Sequence record: NC_015287.1
DNA length: 64,000 nucleotides
Strand: one strand, 5' to 3'
Shown here: positions 22,201-29,100 of the stretch, piece by piece
How the letters are laid out: each line of letters begins with the position of its first letter
Numbering within the stretch: the stretch's first letter is position 1
Notes under the pieces: generated by a model
The model's database searches: none
Told to the model about the DNA's origin: nothing
Seen by the model: the letters and a program-made list of their open reading frames with translations, nothing else
Translations under genes and position numbers: made by a program

Positions 22201-23809
22201 TGGAGATGTTCTTACTGTGTCTGCCACAAATACTGGTGGATTCGGAAAAGATCTGAGACTAACAATTCCAAATAACGTTGGTGTGATCAGTGCCTTCAAT
22301 ACTTTAGTTCTTGATAATATTCAAGGTGTTCCTAAAGTTGACTCCTCTTCTGCCATCGTATATGTTGGTGGTAGTGGAACAAGTATCGTCAACGGTGGTT
22401 CTATCACATATCTCAACAATGTGACTGATGGATTACACTTTAGAGTGAGACATTCTAATCATGGTATGTACTCTCAAGAAGATACTGTAACATTGAGTGG
22501 TGTTGAGGCAGATGTAAAACCTGAGAAGTTAACAGCTTCTGTCGATTCAAGTAGTACAGAAGATATGACTGTTACTGCTGTTGGAATTTTCACATCATTT
22601 GAAAATATCCCAGTCAGTAGTTCTAACCCAGGCTACATTAAACTTGGAAACGAGATTATCAAATATACTGGTGTAACAACCACAACTTCAACTTTGAATA
22701 ACATTACTAGATCTATTGATGATACTAAGGCTGGTGATTACACTGTAAATGATAAGATTTACAAGTATGAGTTGAATGGTGTTTCTCTCAGAAGAATCAA
22801 CACATCTCATAGTTTCATTCCTACAGACAACGCTAAGTATCCTATTGATGTTGATCACTATTGGATCAAGGTTGGTGTCTCAAGTAGAGGTGTAGATAGA
22901 GCAACTGGAAATGCAAATGGATTCCCAGAACTGTTCTTTGCTGAGAATAAGTCTGGTGGTAGTTACGATCAACAGTATGTACAAGTTGGTAATTCTTACG
23001 GACCTATGGCGACACAGAACATTGCGTTCAATATTGTCAGACCTAACGTTGCAACTCTCTTACCAGAGGGAACTGAGATCAATGCAAAGATTAGAACATT
23101 CACTGGTAACAGTCCTGATGGAAACTTGAAGGCATTTGTGGATCAAGGTTATGAGTCTGTATCTTTACAGAGTAACAACTACTTATCTACTCCTAGAATC
23201 GTTGCTTCTAAAGCAAATGAACTTGCAAAACTTACTGACTTCCCAGGCAGAAAGTCATTTACATTACAAACCAATCTAAGTACAGATGATCCTAAAGTCA
23301 GTCCTATGATTGACTTGGATAGAGTCAATATGATTACTATCATGGATAGACTCAACTCCAAGATCACTGATTATGCAACTGACAGAAGAGTCAATTCAAT
23401 TAATAATGATCCTAGTGCTGCAGTTTACTTATCTAAAGTTGTAAATCTTGAGAAGTCTGCTGATGGATTGAAAGTGATGTTTGATGCTTACAGACACGCA
23501 ACAAACGATATTCGAGTTCTTTACAGAATATTCAGAATTGATGCTCCACCACAGTATCAGTTATTTGAACTATTCCCAGGCTTTGAAAACTTAGATTCTA
23601 ATGGAAATGTAATTGATCAGGCAAAGAATAATGGTAAGGCTGATAGAAGAATCTTGGCATCTCAGACAGAAGATGATTATAAAGAGTATGAGTTCAATGT
23701 GAAAAATCTTCCACAGTTCAATGGATTCCAAATCAAGATTGTGATGTCAGGAACTAACTTTGCTTACGTTCCTAAGATCCGTGACCTAAGAGCAATCGCA
23801 TCTATCTAA
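16292..23809 (+). CDS. Large virion structural protein, DUF4815/VrlC-like
   Basis: MPQNTNLNSSPYFDDF...VLFKPGLPVQSRELTTLQSILQNQ start; APGADRFK, DPLAQSF and C-terminal PKIRDLRAIA motifs; conserved position after gp8 in cyanomyoviruses. Confidence 0.85.
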   Translation: MPQNTNLNSSPYFDDFNELKNYQRVLFKPGLPVQSRELTTLQSILQNQVEKFGKHFFKEGSVVIPGQIAYDAEYTCVQIDDSHLGIPVSAYLENLIGKKIKGETSGVTAKVETYITNRTSVKGSYTLYIKYNSSSDTDFSRKTFADGENLLLEEDMNYSLSSIRQGASFATTLISNAVATGAAAKIAQGVYFLRGFFVTVADSTVILDQYSNTPSYRVGLLIKEELVTASASDNDLYDNARGFSNFAAPGADRFKLSTTLIKKSLTDLNDENFVELMRIENGVLRKFVKAGADNYNLIRDELARRTYDESGHYYIKPFPLVSKECLNNRVGNDGAFYSNQLTQQGNVPTEDLMCLSIGPGKAYVKGYEIETLNTTTVDVPKPRDTAKIVNESLPFSVGRQIEVNNVYGSPLIGISTSSYVKLFNERTSTVGTSNGEQIGVARVYDMKLKNVGYADSSTVFETSLYDIQTFTYLQLNTGTTVQCPTYVTGQNSNATGYAYTSANNSTQLTLYQVNGQFQVGEELFFNGVTSNRSVTEVEDYGVEDIKQIVSNDPTNYPFTADPILNLGHLIAPVATQFTVSAAVGGASTISSPSASFANSGIKTGDIIQYSVAGNSVPTFNRVTGTTAIAISLEATTDVENVCSGALPTSQVSANDLFKVTLEVKNNSSAFLFSELTKPNVASVDLNGADVIFKKSYDVTVSSNAFSGTLETDADLTLEPFDEEDYNLTFKTTGKTENLTDQKLTVSGRTVTLSGLDTASGAAVLTVTWKKVNVKPKSKVFKRATTYTLNKSAKTQSGTGLMKLNDGLTYDTTFGNRVQDDRLSLGVCDVAEVLAVLESSSTADPQFPILQLTNLNSNILNAVVGENIVGKTSGASAVFVATNGSNEVSFVSQNENSFEIGEEVIFEETQVAGVVQTFIPGDRDIKNNYEFDPGQRLDYVDFSALVRKSGTEAPSRRITIVYNNFVIDEADPGDFVTVNSYEKKYYKSVLPFVGSIPTSDIIDLRPRVTSTVAGKAPWEFEARQFTPGTSSSSHILAKDKSFNLSYEYYLGRIDKLFLSKEGIFTLSQGVPSELPKLPNTIDNALEVATIQLPPYLYDPADAQITIARHKRFRMKDIASIENRIKNIEYYTALSLLEVETTNMSLRDPQTNLERFKSGFFVDNFKSVTGGDVNNGSYKASVDAKEGRLRPQHYTTSIDLLLGSEAIVGAATSSNPTADYRFVEDLGDSNVKRIGDVVCLNYSDTVYLENNFATRIENVNPFAVVNWIGQVELNPGTDTWIETRRTAATYDIEGSFNSTMGITGADSNTGLSPVDWGSWETTWTGSSTSTGPSLFSETRTSVTGRSTRRGGFRKGRGIPITTTTNFRDRTTNFREQTTTTTTNQTRAGIQFRVGERFDTTSLGDKVVNTEVIATMRSRNIEFICRRLKPNTRLYPFFDSIDMSKYVVPKLIEITMVSGTFGAGEVVEGSRPNTNNDAIRFRLANQNHKYGPYNNPSQVYKQNPYDPASSISSTYSSTTTLLNVDTASLELQAASGFYGYITTGMKLIGQSSGAIATVTAIRLITDKAGSLIGSLFLPDPTIPSAPTFNTGTKTFTLSSSPTNSTISGFTDSSGEANFTSSGTLQTVESSTLRMRNADVQRIPQSQDRTLTDTSSRIVIDNTFANRSTSQTRWVDPLAQSFEVPDVNGVFLTKCDVYFQAKDTNQLPVTLQVRTLQTGLPTQEILPFGECILDPDEVVLSDDGSKPTTFTFPAPVYCEGGGEFALVLLSASNEYFVYISRMGEEDITTLNSADSDKIIVSQQPLLGSLFKSQNGATWDPSQLEDLKFNLYRANFTSSSGRVNFYNPDLEVGNRQIVSLAPNPIDMLSYNAVVGLGKSLTATEQAGLTEGTTIYQQANPNFSANLNKILGAIGVGSDLTITNGGSGFAATSVVYSNVPVSSLFGKGTGATVNLTVSNRVATAATVAIGGTGYSAGDVLTVSATNTGGFGKDLRLTIPNNVGVISAFNTLVLDNIQGVPKVDSSSAIVYVGGSGTSIVNGGSITYLNNVTDGLHFRVRHSNHGMYSQEDTVTLSGVEADVKPEKLTASVDSSSTEDMTVTAVGIFTSFENIPVSSSNPGYIKLGNEIIKYTGVTTTTSTLNNITRSIDDTKAGDYTVNDKIYKYELNGVSLRRINTSHSFIPTDNAKYPIDVDHYWIKVGVSSRGVDRATGNANGFPELFFAENKSGGSYDQQYVQVGNSYGPMATQNIAFNIVRPNVATLLPEGTEINAKIRTFTGNSPDGNLKAFVDQGYESVSLQSNNYLSTPRIVASKANELAKLTDFPGRKSFTLQTNLSTDDPKVSPMIDLDRVNMITIMDRLNSKITDYATDRRVNSINNDPSAAVYLSKVVNLEKSADGLKVMFDAYRHATNDIRVLYRIFRIDAPPQYQLFELFPGFENLDSNGNVIDQAKNNGKADRRILASQTEDDYKEYEFNVKNLPQFNGFQIKIVMSGTNFAYVPKIRDLRAIASI

Positions 23810-24018
23810 TGAAAAAAGTCAAAGTGAAAGATAGTAATTCTCTTTATAGAGATGAAGAGAGTGGTGCAATATTAAATTGCAATGATTCTGCATACGATAG
23901 TTATCTCCAATTAAAGGAGAAAAAGTTAAAGGAAGCGGCTGAAATGGATAAACTAAAGGATGATGTTGATGAACTCAAAGATATGATGAAACTAATTTTA
24001 AGCAAATTAGATAAATAA
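23809..24018 (+). CDS. Small conserved hypothetical protein (coiled-coil C-terminus)
   Basis: TAATG stop/start overlap with the upstream gene; LYRDEESGAILN motif typical at this locus. Confidence 0.75.
   Translation: MKKVKVKDSNSLYRDEESGAILNCNDSAYDSYLQLKEKKLKEAAEMDKLKDDVDELKDMMKLILSKLDK
24010..24017 (+). promoter_or_regulatory. Late promoter GATAAATA
   Basis: NATAAATA overlapping the upstream stop, about 22 nt before the ATG at 24040. Confidence 0.6.
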
Positions 24019-24039
24019 CTAAAATCCCCCTTTTGACAG

Positions 24040-24375
24040 ATGACTGCAAGGAACATCAACTTAGTTTTAGATCAAGGTGTAGATTTTGAAGCTACTTTCA
24101 CGATCAGAAACGAGAACGCATCTGCTTTGAATCTAACAGGTTATACTGGATCTGCTCAACTAAGAAAGCACCCTGAGGCATCTAAGTCTACTCCTTTTGT
24201 GGTAACTTTTCCAAATAGAGTAAACGGACAGATCAAAGTTGCAATGGCATCTACCATTACTGCTGTGATAGAAGGAGGGAGATATGTGTATGATCTGGTT
24301 TTAGAATCGCCTAATGCGTATAAGACTAGACCAATACAAGGAAACCTTCTTGTAATTCCAGGCGTAACACGATAA
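24040..24375 (+). CDS. Small virion structural protein (BppU N-terminal-like beta domain)
   Basis: LDQGVDF...LNLTGYTGSAQLRK...GRYVYDL...IQG pattern. Confidence 0.75.
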   Translation: MTARNINLVLDQGVDFEATFTIRNENASALNLTGYTGSAQLRKHPEASKSTPFVVTFPNRVNGQIKVAMASTITAVIEGGRYVYDLVLESPNAYKTRPIQGNLLVIPGVTR

Positions 24376-25049
24376 TGGCAGATTACTTAGTCACTCTCAA
24401 CGATCCTGGCAGTTATAATGTCGGTGTAGACTATGAGGTTCCCTCAAAGTCGATCCAATATGGTAATATCATTATTGGGAAAACACCAGCACAAGATGGT
24501 ACTGAAACCACATTTAATCTAAATGACCAAGGATCAGCATATACTCCTAACAATAATCAACAACTTATTGTTACTAAAAATGGTCTTTTCCTAGATCCGT
24601 CGAATGATTACAATATTTCTGGAGATAAAGTTGTATTTACAACTCCTCCAGCAGCAAATGATGACGTAGTGATCATTGCTCTTGCTGCAGCTGCTGATTT
24701 AACACGAACTGTAAACTATGTTATTGATAGCGGCAGTCTTCCAATGCAGCCTGGTGACAAAGGTAAACTTACCATAGATGTCACTGGACTTATCGAAAAT
24801 ATCAGAGTCTTGTCAGATCAGACTGGTGATATTGTTCTTGAAATAGAAAAATGCACTTTCGCAGATTATCCGAATTTCGCTAGTATTACTGGTGGTTCGA
24901 GAGTGCAACTAACCAATTCGGATAAATACTTTGATGATGTCCTAAATAATTGGACGACCACTATTGGAGCTGGAGATATTCTTCGTTTTACGGTGGTAAG
25001 TGTGAATAATATTAGAAGGTTACTAATCTCTCTAAAATTAAAATTATAA
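24375..25049 (+). CDS. Putative virion structural protein
   Basis: TAATG-coupled to the previous gene; contains the NGLFLDPSNDYNISGDKVVFTTPP module also seen in the 3001-aa protein (NDILQTPQSSYTFKGSRVIFTEAP). Confidence 0.7.
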   Translation: MADYLVTLNDPGSYNVGVDYEVPSKSIQYGNIIIGKTPAQDGTETTFNLNDQGSAYTPNNNQQLIVTKNGLFLDPSNDYNISGDKVVFTTPPAANDDVVIIALAAAADLTRTVNYVIDSGSLPMQPGDKGKLTIDVTGLIENIRVLSDQTGDIVLEIEKCTFADYPNFASITGGSRVQLTNSDKYFDDVLNNWTTTIGAGDILRFTVVSVNNIRRLLISLKLKL

Positions 25050-25052
25050 ATA
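25045..25052 (+). promoter_or_regulatory. Late promoter TATAAATA
   Basis: Exact consensus upstream of the 25095 gene. Confidence 0.75.
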
Positions 25053-25094
25053 AGTATAGTTCTTAACGTTCTAAGACCCTAGAGGTAGTTTTCA

Positions 25095-26102
25095 ATGGCA
25101 TTACTCGTTCCTAATATTGGTGAAATTGAGTCGCTACGTTATCTGATTGCTCAGAATAACTTTGTCGCAGATTTAGAAGATACATCACCGCGAAATCTTG
25201 TATTAAAACTTTTTACAAGTAACACGACCCCTGCTGAGGGCGATGTTCCGTCTGCAACTGCGTACTTTGAACCCTACATTGACGGAAACGTTAACGGTTA
25301 CGGTACTACTGCAAACACTGGTTATCCTGTATGTGTAAACAACAGAGGAGATCAGGACTATAACCAGCAGTATGGTATCCTGTTGAACGGATCTAGATGG
25401 GTGATCAAGAACGTTGGTAGTGGTACGACTGCTACATATCCAGAACAAACATTTACTTTCACTGGACCTGCTGGTAACATCTACGGTTACTACGTTACTA
25501 GAGCAAATAACATGCCTGTTGCAGTACAGGGTGTTGTTCATGGTGCTGGTGTTGGTATTGGAACCACCGTTACTAAGGGTAATAACACAGACCCAACTAT
25601 CGGTGTTGTCGGTAACTCTTACCTCACAATCGACCCACAAGTTAGCATTGACGACTTAACATTAGGACAGTTCGTTGCTGGTAACGCTGGTATCGCAACT
25701 GGTACGAAGATTATCGGTATTGACAGGGCTTACAGAACGATTTACCTAGACAAACCTCTGGTTGATAACATTCAGGTCGCGACTGACCCATCAGTTACAT
25801 TCAGTTTCGGTAAGATTACGTTCGCCAACCACGGACTTAGAGCGGGTGATATCCTCTATGTTTCTGCTGGTGCTGGTAACACAACTCTTGAGTCTAATGT
25901 TTACACCGTGTTCAATGTTCCTAATGCAGATGAGTTTGTAACAACTCCTTCATTAAGTGCAACTTCTAATGGTGTGTTAGGTCTTAACACTGCGACTCTC
26001 TACAGTTCAATCATGTACGCTGAGAGATTCACAAACGGTCCTTACAACATTCAGAACAACGGAGACCAAATCAAGATTACTCTTAACGTCGCACTCGACT
26101 AA
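25095..26102 (+). CDS. Conserved virion structural protein (MALLVPNIGE... family)
   Basis: Clean ORF with its own late promoter and a downstream terminator; many C-ending codons; ends AERFTNGPYNIQNNGDQIKITLNVALD. Confidence 0.75.
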   Translation: MALLVPNIGEIESLRYLIAQNNFVADLEDTSPRNLVLKLFTSNTTPAEGDVPSATAYFEPYIDGNVNGYGTTANTGYPVCVNNRGDQDYNQQYGILLNGSRWVIKNVGSGTTATYPEQTFTFTGPAGNIYGYYVTRANNMPVAVQGVVHGAGVGIGTTVTKGNNTDPTIGVVGNSYLTIDPQVSIDDLTLGQFVAGNAGIATGTKIIGIDRAYRTIYLDKPLVDNIQVATDPSVTFSFGKITFANHGLRAGDILYVSAGAGNTTLESNVYTVFNVPNADEFVTTPSLSATSNGVLGLNTATLYSSIMYAERFTNGPYNIQNNGDQIKITLNVALD

Positions 26103-26109
26103 TTTAAAA

Positions 26110-26117
26110 ACTAAATA
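26110..26117 (+). promoter_or_regulatory. Possible late promoter ACTAAATA
   Basis: Matches the variant used elsewhere, but lies upstream of a terminator hairpin. Confidence 0.4.
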
Positions 26118-26127
26118 TGAATATGTG

Positions 26128-26164
26128 GACTCTGCTTTATAACTAAGGCAGGGTCTTTTTATTT
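26128..26164 (+). terminator. Rho-independent terminator
   Basis: GACTCTGCTTT-ATAACT-AAGGCAGGGTC: 11-bp stem with G:U pairs, followed by TTTTTATTT. Confidence 0.75.
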
Positions 26165-26176
26165 GGGGGATACCTT

Positions 26177-29100
26177 TTGACAGTATTTGTCTACGACAAT
26201 ACGAAGATAGATCAATTCACTACGTTCCAAGGCGGTGATATCACCGTGGGATCTAGTGAAAATATTGACTATGGCGATATTGTAGACAATGTAGAACCCG
26301 AAAGAGACGAGAATTTTTTCTTTGTAAACGACTGGGGACTTATCACTGCTACAGCAGATGTACTCCCATTCGGACCTATCAATGTAGTAGATGGAAGAGA
26401 TGCACTGGGTAGATCTAGATCTCAGTGGATTCCAGAGAACGCAAATACTGTACTGTTTGATGTAAACGATACTGCCCTAGAGAAGGCAGTAACGCCTTGG
26501 ATTGGTTCTGGTACAATTCAAGAGATCGGTTCTGGTCTCGAAAGGATTGTCATACCAGACCTCGGAGCGGCAGGGGCTGTCATCTTCATCCCATCTGGGA
26601 CAGCAGAAGAATCTATATCTAGAGGAAATTATGATGGTGCTGGTGCGATTGCCAAGTCAGGGCTGTCTGCAACCGACCTAGACCAAGTTTATCCTTATGT
26701 TGGTAGTGGTGATATCACCCTCAGTGGTACTACTACAACACCTTATAATGAAGCGTATCTCCCTGTAATTAAAAATGCCTTTAGAGTTAAAGGTGGAGAT
26801 AATCGACTATTTGACGTTGAGAAAGTTATATACAACTACGCCAGAAGTGTATCTGACGTATTCGAGAAAGAAGATAACGGTACAATTACAGTTAGAGAAG
26901 GTGCATCCTTCGATAATCTCAATGTCACATTTGACGAGGTTATCACAGATCCTCTTGCGAAGGAGAGATCATTCTCTGACGAAGATCAGGTAGAATTTGA
27001 AAGCTACGGAAATATATTAGATACGCCTACATCTGCTGAAGATTACGGTGTCCTAGAACAACAATTACAAGGCGGAATATTCTTTGACGAATATCAGGCA
27101 ACCTTTGTCAAGGGCAACGATGCCATTGTCAGAGGATACGAAGGTCTTGGTACGTTCAAGAAAGAAGGTGCTGCAGACGAAGATCGTTTCTTTGCATACT
27201 CTGGATCTGGTACAGCAACATTCTCTGGAGAGAACTTCTTCAGTCAGGCTCCACAAAGCACAATCTTCGGTGTCGGTGATAAGATTACTGCATCTGGTAG
27301 TGCAGATGAGGCGTTCGTCCCTGCAACTGTTGATAACACTGTTCTCTTCGGTATCTCTGGAGATGGTGCAGAGTCTAGAAATATACTACCAACTACAAGA
27401 AAGGCTCTACTTAGACCTTCTGGTTCTGTATCTGGTATCGCTATTGTTACTGGTAGTGGAGACAAATCCAATACAGTTCTCTTCAATACTTCTGGTGCGG
27501 CAACAGATGTTGTACTTGTCAAGGACTACGAGAATACAAATCTATTCGATATCTCTGGAGGGATGCAACAGGGAGTTCCTGTTTACACTCCTTCTTGGTT
27601 CTCTGCAACTGGAGAGTCTGCAACAGAAGAATACGATTGGGGTCTTATCACTGCCACTCCAACTCAACTATCGGAAGATTGGGGACCAATCAATACAAAC
27701 GACGAGACAATACCCAAGGTTGCAGAGAACTGGGGATTCCTTCTCGGAGAGTTCAACTACGTTCAAGTTGGCGGTCAACACTATCCAAACAGAGATACAT
27801 TCTCTGTTGGAGAATCCAGTCTTATTGTTCAGACTGCTGGAACAACAGGTGTTGCAACGTTCCTACTTTCCGAAGATCTCGATATCGCAGCTGCGATTCA
27901 ATACGAATCTTCTGGTATTACTGGTATTGCTACCTACAAGGCTGGCATCAACATCTTCGGTGCAAACTGGTTCAGTCAGGCTCCTCAACACACAGTCTTC
28001 GGTGAAGAAGGTGCAATCACCATTGGTATCTCTACTGCTAATGAGTCGATCACTCCATTCATTCCAGAGGGATCTGGTTCACTCTTCACTATTGGTGGTG
28101 CGGCAGAATCCAGCACCAAGGCATACTTGGTTGGAGATTACCAGTTTATTTCTGGTGCTGCGAACGTCAACTTCGCTCCACATATCACTGGTGTTGGTAC
28201 TGGAACGTTCAGTCAAGGAAGAGAACCTTATCAGACTTACGCTCGTAAGATCAATATTCCTGATGATGAGTTCGGTGGAACCATCTCTCTTACTGGTAAT
28301 ACCATCTTTGAGAAGAATACAGATTCTTACAATGAGTCTTCTATTCTCTTCGGTACAGAGAATGAAGATTATGGATCAATCTCTGTTGAGGATGTTGGTC
28401 GTGGATTCTCACTTTCATCTCTTGGAATCGGACTTACATCCGTTGAATCTCTCGATGCTGGAGATATTACCTTTGATAATTCACAACAAACTGGTCTCAC
28501 ATATGACGAGGCAGTTGGTGGTCCTGGCGTTCTTCCATCGTTCGATAAGAACCAACAGTACAACGTCAGATTTGATTCCAATGTTGTTGCCGAGGATCGT
28601 GGTATTCTCGGAATCAGTTCTGTTGGTGGTCGTCCTTACACCAGACTGTATCCTTCCGATACTGGATTCGATCAACAGGAAATCAACAACGGATACGAAG
28701 ATGCTGGATTCATTACAGATCCAGCACCAAGGGAATCTCAGTTCCCATTCGGAAAGATTGTATTCCCAACAATCCCTGCCAAGTTTACTCAGTTCATCCC
28801 AAGTTGGATTGGTTCTGGTACACTCAACGTATCTGGTACTTCCATCGAGAGAGTTGCTGTTGCAAGTAGCACAACATCTCTATTCGACTTTGTTAGTGGT
28901 GCCGATGAGAGATTCATCGCTCAGACTCCAGAAGGAACAGTTCTGTTCGATATTTCTGGTACTGCAAACGAGAGTGTCACCAAAGACTTTGTTGGTTCTG
29001 GTTCTATTACTCTCGAAAGTGGAGTTGGAATCACTACTTACAGAAGGATTCTCGACATCAAGGGTGTTGGTTCTGCAACCTTCTCTGGTTCTGGTGTTAT

